Shown in pieces: positions 36,497 to 45,485 of a DNA stretch of 64,000 nt (position 1 is its first letter; each line of letters begins with the position of its first letter). This stretch comes from Planctomycetota bacterium (lineage in GTDB: Bacteria > Planctomycetota > UBA1135 > UBA2386). Where the stretch lies: the NCBI GenBank assembly GCA_965228735.1, contig OZ245838.1, positions 4,224,001-4,288,000 on the forward strand, written 5' to 3'. The position numbers were made by a program, and so were the translations under genes. Under the pieces are notes generated by a model that searched no databases, was not told where the DNA came from, and saw only the letters and a list, made by a program, of their open reading frames with translations.

Positions 36497-37605
36497 CCTC
36501 GAACGGCCAAGACGACTTTCACGATCGCAGTCCACAGGAGAACGACATGTCCGACACTGCCGACTTCGCCGCGCACGCGCGCGATCTTCAGCTCGACGCG
36601 TTGCTGCACGAGGCCGCCGGCGAGGCGCCGAGCCCGAGCCTCGCCGATCGCATTCTCGAAGCGCTGCCGACCCCGGGCGGCAGCCGGACCAGGGCGCGCA
36701 GCTGGCAGCGCCAATGGCTCGCGGCGGCCATCGTGCTGTTCGCGGTCACGGTCGTCGGGGGCATCGCGTATCTGCAGCGCGGCGGCGATTCGGGCAGCGC
36801 GCCGGCCGCCGTCCCGGCGGAGCAGGACCCGCAGGGCGGCGGCCAGGATCCGCTGCCGACCAAGCGGCGCGTCGCGAACGACCTGCCGATCACGGTCATC
36901 GCCGACTACAGCGACAACCGGGTCATCGTCCTGGCCGGCAATCGGATACGGTCGATCATGGAAAACGTGTTCGGCGCGTGGGACGCCGAGCTGACGCCCG
37001 ATGGCGGCGTGCTCGTCACCGAGTTCTCCGTGAGCCGCGTCCAGCGCTACAACCGCCGAGGCAAGGTCGTGTGGGCCTACGAGAAGCTGAAGAACCCGTA
37101 CGACGCGGACCTGCTGCCGAGCGGCAACGTGCTCATCGCGGACACGTTCGCCGGCCGCGTGGTCGAGGTCAACGCGAGCGGCGAGGAGGTCTGGGAGTAC
37201 GACGGGAACATCCGGCCGTTCGACGTCGACCGCCTGCCCAACGGCAACACGCTGATCGCCGACGTCATTCAGGACCGCGTCATCGAGGTGAACCGCGACG
37301 GCGAGATCGTCTGGCAGGTCGGCGAGGTGCCCAACGTGCACGACGCGGATCGCCTGGCGAATGGCAACACCCTGATCACGCTGCGCAACAAGGGGACGGT
37401 GCTCGAAGTCGACCCCAAGGGCACGATCGTCTGGCAGGTCGAGAAGCTCAGCAGCCCGAGCGACGCCGACCGACTGCCCAATGGCAACACCCTGATCGCG
37501 GAGAACACCCGGGTTCGCGAGTTCGACGAGGACGGCAAGGTCGTCTGGCAGTTCCGCACGACGTGGGCCGTCGAGGTGAACCGCACCTACGAGAAGGGCC
37601 TGTAG
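36493..37605 (+). CDS. Putative anti-sigma factor with TM helix and beta-propeller (NHL/PQQ-like) domain
   Basis: ATGA overlap with the sigma gene, LADRIL, one TM segment, and repeated DADRLPNGNTLI / GxxVW blades. Confidence 0.8.
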   Translation: MTSNGQDDFHDRSPQENDMSDTADFAAHARDLQLDALLHEAAGEAPSPSLADRILEALPTPGGSRTRARSWQRQWLAAAIVLFAVTVVGGIAYLQRGGDSGSAPAAVPAEQDPQGGGQDPLPTKRRVANDLPITVIADYSDNRVIVLAGNRIRSIMENVFGAWDAELTPDGGVLVTEFSVSRVQRYNRRGKVVWAYEKLKNPYDADLLPSGNVLIADTFAGRVVEVNASGEEVWEYDGNIRPFDVDRLPNGNTLIADVIQDRVIEVNRDGEIVWQVGEVPNVHDADRLANGNTLITLRNKGTVLEVDPKGTIVWQVEKLSSPSDADRLPNGNTLIAENTRVREFDEDGKVVWQFRTTWAVEVNRTYEKGL

Positions 37606-37671
37606 CGGTCGCCGGTCAGGCGGCCACCGCGCGCCTGGACTGCCGGCCGGCCCGCGCTACGGTCGGCGGCG

Positions 37672-39120
37672 ATGGACCCGACCCGCGACGACGATCCGCT
37701 GCCCCCGCGGCTGCGCGCGTGGCAGGTCGTCGCGGTCTTCGGCGTCGCGCTCGTCGTGCTGCTGCTCGGGCCGCAGCGCGGGGTGCACGGCGTCGACGGG
37801 CACACGTTCGCGGTCTGGGTCGAAGAAGGTGCGACCGCGGTCTACTCGCGGCACATCGGTTACCTGTGGCTCTGCGGGCTCGTCTACGCGGGGCTCGAAC
37901 CGGCCGGCGCGACGGGGCACGACGCGCTGCTCGTCGCCTCCGCGCTCGGCAGCGCCGGCGGGCTCGCGTTGCTGACCCTGGCCTTCGCCCGTCTCTTCCC
38001 GGGGCGCATTCACCCGGTGCTCGGCGCGCTCGCCGTCGTCGCGACGCCGAGCTGGCTCTACTTCGCGACGATCGGTGAGATCCCCGGCGTGCTCGCGGCC
38101 GGCGTCGGGCTGTCGTGGTGGCTGTTCGCGCGCTGGCTCGATCGACCGACCGCGATCGCGGCGGCGGCGCTCGGCGTCTGCACGGCGCTGACGGCGACGC
38201 TGCACGCGCTCGGACACCTCCTGCCGATCGCGCTGCCGGCCGTGGCGTTCGTCCTGCGACGGCTGCCAGAACGCGGACGAGTCGGTCAGGCCGTCGCGAT
38301 GCTCGTCGCCCACTTCGGGCTCGCGACCCTGCTGTCCGTGCTGCTCGCGCGCGGCGCCAGCGGCCAGGCCGACGACATCGCGTTCGCGTTCGAAGAACGG
38401 TGGGCGACGTTCGCGCCTTTGACCACGCCCGCGGTGTTCTGGCGCGAGTGGATCGTGCCGTACCTGCCGTGGTCGATCGGCGCGTTCGTGGCCCTCGCGC
38501 ACCCGGCGTCCCGCAAGGTCGCGCTCGCGGCCCTCGTGGCGTTCCTGCTCTACCTGCCGGCCAACGTCGTGTTCCTCGGCTTCTACGAGCTGCACGAACG
38601 CGGCGCCTACTTCGCGCCCGTCGCACCGCTGCTCTTCATCGCCGTCGCGCATCGCACCACGGCGCGCCGGTTTCTCGTCATCGCCGCGGTCGGCCTCGTC
38701 GTCACAGTGATCAGCGTCGCGCCGGGCTGGCGCAACCCCGTGCCGCCGGAGTTCGGCACCGGCGTCGCGGAGCTCAACGCCGAGCGGCCGCTCGCGCTCG
38801 TCGTCGCCAACGAGGACGAGCTCGCGGGCGCGCGCACCGCGACCCGCGGCCTCGTGCTCATGGACCTCGCCGCGGTCGTGAGCGCCTACGAGCAGCAGCC
38901 GAAGCCGAAGCCCGGGTTCGCCGGCTGGTTCGACCTCTGGTTCGGACAGCTGCGGCGGCAGGGTCTCGACGTCGTGTTCAGCGCGGCGACGGGCGCGATG
39001 CTGAGCACGACGGAGTATCCGGGCATGGCCGCGTTCTGGAACGAGCACCTGCCACAGAACTACGCGCTCGCGGAGGTCGAACGCCTCGGGTTCCGCGGCA
39101 CGTTCGTGCGGCCGAAGTAG
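37672..39120 (+). CDS. Multi-pass membrane protein (possible GT-C glycosyltransferase)
   Basis: More than 10 hydrophobic segments; the function is a guess. Confidence 0.65.
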   Translation: MDPTRDDDPLPPRLRAWQVVAVFGVALVVLLLGPQRGVHGVDGHTFAVWVEEGATAVYSRHIGYLWLCGLVYAGLEPAGATGHDALLVASALGSAGGLALLTLAFARLFPGRIHPVLGALAVVATPSWLYFATIGEIPGVLAAGVGLSWWLFARWLDRPTAIAAAALGVCTALTATLHALGHLLPIALPAVAFVLRRLPERGRVGQAVAMLVAHFGLATLLSVLLARGASGQADDIAFAFEERWATFAPLTTPAVFWREWIVPYLPWSIGAFVALAHPASRKVALAALVAFLLYLPANVVFLGFYELHERGAYFAPVAPLLFIAVAHRTTARRFLVIAAVGLVVTVISVAPGWRNPVPPEFGTGVAELNAERPLALVVANEDELAGARTATRGLVLMDLAAVVSAYEQQPKPKPGFAGWFDLWFGQLRRQGLDVVFSAATGAMLSTTEYPGMAAFWNEHLPQNYALAEVERLGFRGTFVRPK

Positions 39121-39125
39121 CGGCC

Positions 39126-39175
39126 GTTCGAACCCGGGGTTCGAACCCGGCGGTTTGAACCAGGTTCGGTACGGG
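39126..39175. repeat. REP-like family B half-element with a short palindromic duplication
   Basis: 39147-39175 ccggcggtttgaaccaggttcggtacggg matches 53248-53276 at 26/29 positions. It is preceded by gttcgaacccgg twice. Confidence 0.75.
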
Positions 39176-39178
39176 TGC

Positions 39179-41728
39179 CTACTCGTTGCGGCCGGTCTCG
39201 TTGAGGGACCAGGTCAAGAACTCGATCCAGTCGGCCTTCCAGGCGTTCGGGCCGCCGCTGAGCTCGTGCTCACCGACGACCTCGTTGTCGTTGCTCGGGT
39301 CCACGACGACGAAGTAGGGCATCGTGAGCGTGCCGCCCGCGATTTCGTCCCGCGCCTTCAGGTTGGCGTTGAACTGCGCCTCGCTGAGGTGGTTCTGCGA
39401 GTCGCAGTGCAGTCGGGCTTCGACGAAGTGCTCTTTCATGATCTCGGCGACCGCCGGATCGAGGAAGGTGTTGCCTTCCATGATGCGACACGAGCCTCAA
39501 TTGAAGCCGGTGAAGTTGTAGAGCAGCAGCTTGTCCTCGGTCTTGGCGACCTGCAGCGCGCCGGCCGGGTCGTCCTTGACGATCGTGTGGCCCTTGGACT
39601 GCTTGGCCTCGCCGTCACCGCCGCCGCCGCCGCCCTCGAACTGCGGACCGATGTAGGCGCCGTGATAGGCCGGGATGAACGACGTCGTGATGAGGTCGAG
39701 GCGCTGGCCGTTCGAGCCCATCAGCAGGTAGACCGCGAGCAGGCTCACGAGGATGCCGGTGCCCTGACGCGCGCCGCTGACGCCCTCGTATGGCTGGCCC
39801 TTCTTCGGCAGGAAGCCGAACAGGAACGCGACCCAGATGAACAGGATCGTCGCGGTGAGCGCGAGGTAGAGCTCACGGTTGAGGACCTGCCAGCCGAGCG
39901 CGATGTCGACCATCGAGATGAACTTGAGCGCCGCGGCGAGCTCGACGAACCCGAGCGAGACCTTGAGCGTGTCCATCCACTCGCCCGACTTCGGCATCGC
40001 CTTGACCTTGGTCGGCAGCAATGCGAGTGCGACGAACGGGATCGCCATCGTCAGGCCGAAGATCGCCATGCCGAAGCCGACCTGCAGCGAACCCTGGTGC
40101 GCCACGCTGGCGAGCAACGTGCCGACGATCGGAGCCGTGCAGGTGAACGACGTGATCACGAGCACCGCACCCATGAAGAACACGCCGACGAGGCCGCCCG
40201 TCCGGGACGCCTTCCCGCCGACGTTCTGCAGGAACTGCGGCGGCTGCAGGTTGATCCAGCCGAACAACGCGAAGGCGAACACGATGAAGAACACGCCGAT
40301 CACCGCGTTCGTCGCCCAGTGATTCACGATCGGCCCGATGACCTGCGCCGCCAGCACTCCCACCACGACGAAGATCGTGATGATCCCCGCGCCGTAGGTC
40401 AGCGCCAGCGGCAGGACCTTCCCGCCACGCTTCTCGGCCTGCTTGGTGAAGAACGAGAACGTGATCGGGATCATCGGATACGTGCACGGCATCGCGAGCG
40501 CGAACAGCCCGCCGCCGATGCACGCGAGGATCAGCGCCCAGATCGAGTCGAACGCGCCCTTCTTCTTGGCCGGTCCATTGCTCTCGCCCTCGCCGCCCTC
40601 GCCGCCCCCGCCCGCTGGGACGACTCCTTCCGACTCGCCACCGCCGCCCTGGGCAACAGCCGCACCGGAGTACTCGCTCCGCACATCACCCGCCTCGACG
40701 ACGAGCTTGGCGGCGAACGGCGCTTCGGCCTCGGGCTTGCAGCCGTTCTCGTCGCAGATCTGGTAGTTGAGCATGCCGGCGAGCGCGACCTCGCCCGTGG
40801 CCATGCCGTCCGGCACCTTCACCGCCTGCTTGACCTCGAAGAACTCGGGCAGCGGATACTGCACGAGCCCGTGCGCCTCCTTGCGCTCACCGGGCGGGAC
40901 GTCCGCCTCGCCGACCGGTTCGAGTCCGGCGAACTGCACCTTGTCGTGGAACAACGCGACCGGCACGTTGACCTCTTCGTTGCTGCCGTAGGCGTGCCAG
41001 CCGAACGGCGTCGTCACCTCGAGGATGAGTTGGATCGTCTCGCCGGGACGCGCGGTCTCCGGATCGAAACGCGCGAGCACCGTCGCGTCCTCGGAGTCGA
41101 GGCCGAGGCCGGGCTTGAAGCCGGGGTCGAAACCGGCGCCGGGGTCCTGGCCCATCGGCTCCTGACCACCCGCGGCTTCACCGCCGGATCCCGACTTCGC
41201 CGCCGCCGCGGCAACTGTCAGCGTCGCGCTGAACGGCTTCTCCTCCGGCGGCCGACAGCCCGACTCGTTGCAGATCTGATAGTCGAACATGCCGGCGACC
41301 TTGACGTCGCCCGCGGCCATCCCGGCCGGCACCTTGACGGTCTGCTTGACCTCGAAGAACTCGGGCAGCGGATACTGCGTGAGCCCGAACGCCTCCTTCT
41401 TCTTGCCCGGCGGGATCTGCGCGTCGCCGACCGCTTCGAGGCCGGCGAACTGGATCTTGTCGTGCGACAGCGCGACCGGGATGTTGACCGTCTCGCTGCT
41501 GCCGTAGGCATGCCAGCCGAGCGCCGTCGTCACCTCGAGCACGAGCTCGGCGGTATCGCCGGGGCTCGCGGTCGCCGGCTCGAAGCGCGCGGACAGGGTC
41601 AGCAGTTCGGGATCGAGCCCCAAACCGGGTTTGACGCCCTGCGCGGCAGCGGGCGCCGCCAGTCCCAGGGCGAGCCCCAGGCCGGCGGCGGCCTGGAGCG
41701 AAGTCAGCCAGCGAACGGTCGTACTCAT
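39179..41728 (-). CDS. dsbD: DsbD-like thiol:disulfide interchange protein, probable selenoprotein (849 aa, Sec at codon 744)
   Basis: Two N-terminal Ig-like domains (QICNESGC, QICDENGC) and a TM domain with PCTYPMIP and FTCTAP. An in-frame TGA at 39497-39499 gives FTGFN-U-GSCRIME, which continues in frame into ORF 39179-39481. Confidence 0.88.
39458..39484 (-). promoter_or_regulatory. Candidate bacterial SECIS hairpin
   Basis: The mRNA reads AUC-AU-GGAAGG-CAACA-CCUUCC-UC-GAU, with the apical loop starting ~23 nt after the UGA. Confidence 0.55.
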
Positions 41729-41852
41729 CGGGGCGGGGATGATACGAGCCGCCCCGGTGAGGTTGCGCAGAAGTTCTGCCCGGCCATGGGATCGAGCGCT
41801 GGATCGGGCGCGCGCCCGTCCGCAGGAGCGGACGAACGCGCGACATGGCGGC

Positions 41853-44708
41853 CTACTTGCCCTTGCTGCCGGCGCCCCCGCGCAGGTGGATTGCCGTGAT
41901 CGCCGCCTTCGCCGCGGCCGCGATCTCCTTGTCGGTCTCGCCGGCCCAATCGATGAGGAACGGCAGCGCCTCGGCCTGGCCGAGCACGCCGAGCGACTTG
42001 ATCGCGAGCAGGCGCTGGGCCCTCTCCTGATCGGGCTTGCTCTGCATCAACAACTTCTCCGTCGCCGAAGCGGGCGAGGCATCGACGCCCTTGAGCACGC
42101 GGTCCCAGTGCGCCTGCTGTTCGTGGTAGAAGCGGATGCGCGTGAGCGCCTCGGACGCGGCCTCGCGGACCGTGGCTTCGGGATCTCGCAGCAGCGCGAT
42201 CAGCTGCGGTACCGCGTCGCGGGTCACGACGCGACCAGCGTACTGCACGGCAGCGAATCGCACCCCACGAACCTCGTCATCGAGCAGCGGCAGCACGAGG
42301 TCCGCGACCTCGATGCCGAGCTCCTCGGCAGCGCCGGCGCCGGCAACCCGCACGGCCGGCTCCACGTGCGATGTCAACAACGCGAGGCGCTCACGGTCGC
42401 GGACCCAGTCCGCCAACCTCAGAACCTTGCCGATCCTGGCCGCCTCGCTCCCGGCGCTCTTGCGCAGCAACTCCACGAGCGGCGCCTCGAACCTGGCTCC
42501 GTCATCGCGCTGGAGAACCTCCAGCAGCCGGAGACGACGCGCTGCATCGTCACTGCGCAGCACGGCAACGACCCACGCTCGCAGCGCGGCGGCACGCTCC
42601 GGACGCTCTTCCCCTCGCCACGCCCGCGCCGCGACCTTGAGCCACTTCTCCGCAATGCGATCGCGGTGATTCGCGAAGCGCGTCAGCGCACCTTCGACCA
42701 CGGCGACGAAGTAGACGTCGTTGATCGCGTCGATCGAGAATCGCCCGGGATCCATCGCGTCCTCGAACGCGGGTTCGGTCACGGCTCCGATCACGCCCAC
42801 GACCTCGTCCCGCCCGAACGGATGCGTCGGGATGCCCTCGTGCGGCCGGTAGACCAGGTACTGGAACGGCGTCAGTCGCGGCGCGTCCTCACCCTCGGCG
42901 AACGGGTGGCGCGCGGTCGAACCGAGCGCGACGCCCTTGCCGACCCATTCGAGCGCCTCCGCGTCACCCATCGTCAGGAGCGCGAGCAACGGCTGCGCGT
43001 TGCCGCCCCGGCCCTGCCGATCGCGGTAGGTGGCACTGACGGCGAAGGCGTGCAGCGCCCGCTTCATCTCCTCGGTCCGCACCCAGCGCGCGAGCCGCAC
43101 GGTCGACCCGATGAGCTTGTCGTTGTGCTTGCTCTCGTACTCCTGCCGCAACCACTCCGCGGCGCCAGGGTGGCGGGTGTTGGCCATCGGCCGCGCGAAG
43201 TTCGTCATGTCCTCGTAGCTGCCGCGCACGGCCTCCGCGCGCTCGCGCAAACCGGGGAACGCGGCCTCGGGCAGGTGGTCGATCCGGCTCATGGCGTAGA
43301 GCACGGCGTCGATGCGCGACTTCGACCCGCGGATGTGCGGGATGAGGTCGAGCACGTTCTCGGCCGTGATCCGCCCGGCGAGCAACCCGCCGATCTCGTG
43401 CATCCCGCCGTCGAACCAGCGCAGCAGCGGCGCGACGGCGCCGTCGCCGTGCTTCTCGATGACGTTCCACATCAGCTGCATCATCCAGTTGCGGCTCGCG
43501 CCGTTCGGCTCGTAGCGGGCCATGCAACGGTCGATGGCCGGCACCAGCGCGCGCGCCTGAGCCTCGGTGAGTTCATACGGCTGGCTCCGCGTCGACGGCG
43601 CCGCCGTCCCGCGCATGTCGGGCAGCGCCGCGAGCAGCAGGTGGATGCCACGCACGGATCGTTGCGACGTGGTGCTGCAGAGGAAGCGATGCGCCTGCGC
43701 GCCGACCTCCGGATCGGTGCTCGCGAGGATCGCCTCGACGCGATCGTGCAGGCGATCGAGCAGTTCGGGGGCGACCTCGCGGGGCGACATCGCCCACCGG
43801 AAGATCGATCCGAGCGCCGCCGGCGGCCCGGCGAGCGCGCAGCGCACGACCTGGTCGGCCGGCAGCAGGTTCGCGAGCGTGCCATTGCCGCCGCCGCGCG
43901 GTTCCGTGAACAGCAGCGCGGACGTCACGCTGCCGTCCGGGGCGGGATCGGCGAGGAAGCGACACGCGACCTCGAGCATGCGCTCGCTGCGCGCCTGGAA
44001 CGCGGTCCTGGCGACGTAGACGCGGAACGCGACGTTCTCCGCCTTGGTGCACGACGCGAGGTAGGACGCCGCGGCGTCGCCGCCCGTGCGCCAGAGGAAA
44101 CCCGCGAGACCGGACACGAAGTTGGCGAGCAGTAGGCCGTCGCCGCCGCGACTCATCGTCACCTTCGGCATCGCGTCCTGCAGCGCAGCGATGACCTCGG
44201 GCACGGCCGCCTCACCGATCCAGAGCAGCTGGTTGCTGAGTTGCGAGCTCTGGATGCCGTGCAGCGGTCCGCCCCAGCCGCCAATCGTTTTGTTCTCGCG
44301 GATCTTCTCCATGATCTCGCGCGCCTGCCCGCGCAGCTCCCAGGTCCGCTCCGAGTCCTGCCCGGGCCCGGTCTCGCCATCGATGACGAGCACGCTCGAT
44401 TTGCTCGCCTCCTCGAGGAACGCGTAGGCCTCGTCCTTCCGACCGAGCTTCTTCAGCAGGTTGCCGAGCCGCAGGTTGGCCCACGCGCGCGCCGCGACGG
44501 AAAGGTCACTGCCGGCGAGCGCCTCGCGATAGAGCCGCTCGGCCTTCGCGAGGTCGCCTTCCTGCTCCTCGGCCGCGATCATCGCGGCGAGCTCCTCGCG
44601 GGGGTGCGGCTTCTTGGGCTTGTCCTGGGCCGCGAGCTGGGCGGCGAGGCCGAGAACAGCCACGGCGAGCAACGTCAGGGCGGGATGGGTGGGTCTCAGG
44701 TTTCTCAT
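41853..44708 (-). CDS. Large secreted TPR/HEAT-repeat protein
   Basis: Signal peptide, an N-terminal TPR-like segment, and C-terminal HEAT repeats (AVPQLIALLRDPEATVREAASEAL). Confidence 0.75.
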   Translation of the reverse strand: MRNLRPTHPALTLLAVAVLGLAAQLAAQDKPKKPHPREELAAMIAAEEQEGDLAKAERLYREALAGSDLSVAARAWANLRLGNLLKKLGRKDEAYAFLEEASKSSVLVIDGETGPGQDSERTWELRGQAREIMEKIRENKTIGGWGGPLHGIQSSQLSNQLLWIGEAAVPEVIAALQDAMPKVTMSRGGDGLLLANFVSGLAGFLWRTGGDAAASYLASCTKAENVAFRVYVARTAFQARSERMLEVACRFLADPAPDGSVTSALLFTEPRGGGNGTLANLLPADQVVRCALAGPPAALGSIFRWAMSPREVAPELLDRLHDRVEAILASTDPEVGAQAHRFLCSTTSQRSVRGIHLLLAALPDMRGTAAPSTRSQPYELTEAQARALVPAIDRCMARYEPNGASRNWMMQLMWNVIEKHGDGAVAPLLRWFDGGMHEIGGLLAGRITAENVLDLIPHIRGSKSRIDAVLYAMSRIDHLPEAAFPGLRERAEAVRGSYEDMTNFARPMANTRHPGAAEWLRQEYESKHNDKLIGSTVRLARWVRTEEMKRALHAFAVSATYRDRQGRGGNAQPLLALLTMGDAEALEWVGKGVALGSTARHPFAEGEDAPRLTPFQYLVYRPHEGIPTHPFGRDEVVGVIGAVTEPAFEDAMDPGRFSIDAINDVYFVAVVEGALTRFANHRDRIAEKWLKVAARAWRGEERPERAAALRAWVVAVLRSDDAARRLRLLEVLQRDDGARFEAPLVELLRKSAGSEAARIGKVLRLADWVRDRERLALLTSHVEPAVRVAGAGAAEELGIEVADLVLPLLDDEVRGVRFAAVQYAGRVVTRDAVPQLIALLRDPEATVREAASEALTRIRFYHEQQAHWDRVLKGVDASPASATEKLLMQSKPDQERAQRLLAIKSLGVLGQAEALPFLIDWAGETDKEIAAAAKAAITAIHLRGGAGSKGK

Positions 44709-44777
44709 GATGTTCTCTTGGACCAGTTCTTCGGCCCGCCCCGGTCCGCCCAGGGTCAATTCGATGTCAAGCGGACG

Positions 44778-45485
44778 TCAAGCCGGCGGCGCGGTCACGA
44801 GGCGGTAGCCGACGCCGTGCACCGTGAGCAGGTGCCGCGGCTTCTTGCTGTCCTGCTCCAACTTCTGCCGCAGGTTGAGCATGTGCGTGTCGATCGTGCG
44901 GTCGCCGACGAACTGGTCGTTGCCCCAGACGTCCCGCAGGAAGCGCGCGCGCGACACGGCCTTGCCCTGTTCGCGCCACAGCAATTCGAGCATGCCGGCT
45001 TCCTTCGGCGACAGCGCACAGGTCTCGCCGGCGCGCTCGAGCGTGAACGCGGCGAGGTCGACCCGCACCTCGCCGATCGCGAACTGGCGCGCGACCGCGG
45101 TCTCCGTGCGTTCGTGGCGTCGCAGCATCGCCTTGACGCGCGCGAGCAGCTCGCGCAGGGAGAACGGCTTGCTCACGTAGTCATCGGCGCCGAGCTCGAA
45201 GCCGAGCACCTTGTCGCCCTCCTCGCCGCGCGCGGTGAGCAGCAGCACCGGCGTGTCGGGATCGCGTTCGCGCAGCTCGCGCAGCAGCTCGAGCCCGCTC
45301 GGCCCCGGCAGCATCACGTCGAGGATCACGAGGTCGAAGCGCCCGTCCGCGAGCTCGGCGCGCGCCTCGTGCCCGTCACTCGCCGCCGTGACATCGTGCC
45401 CTTCGCCGGCGAACGCGTCGGTCAGCGCCGTGCGCAGCGTGGCGTCGTCCTCGACGAGCAGCAGTCGGAATCCGGGAGAACTCAT
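44778..45485 (-). CDS. OmpR/PhoB-family DNA-binding response regulator
   Basis: LLVEDD, ILDVMLPG, LLTARG, GADDYVSKPF, RTIDTHMLNLRQKLE and TVHGVGY motifs; ATGA overlap with the kinase. Confidence 0.93.
   Translation of the reverse strand: MSSPGFRLLLVEDDATLRTALTDAFAGEGHDVTAASDGHEARAELADGRFDLVILDVMLPGPSGLELLRELRERDPDTPVLLLTARGEEGDKVLGFELGADDYVSKPFSLRELLARVKAMLRRHERTETAVARQFAIGEVRVDLAAFTLERAGETCALSPKEAGMLELLWREQGKAVSRARFLRDVWGNDQFVGDRTIDTHMLNLRQKLEQDSKKPRHLLTVHGVGYRLVTAPPA

Noticed and set aside
39179..39481. Separate 100-aa gene, or dsbD as a nonsense pseudogene
   Set aside because: The in-frame TGA falls exactly at the first Cys position of CxxC and is followed by a hairpin, with both halves intact. 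Sec readthrough is the simpler explanation, though unproven without the sel genes.
39155..44135. Long opposite-strand ORFs (39155-41899, 41631-44135; likewise 60039-63014, 31734-34127, 20625-22724, 16269-18185)
   Set aside because: Antisense shadows of real genes, expected in very high-GC DNA; they are Arg/Ala-rich and lack motifs.
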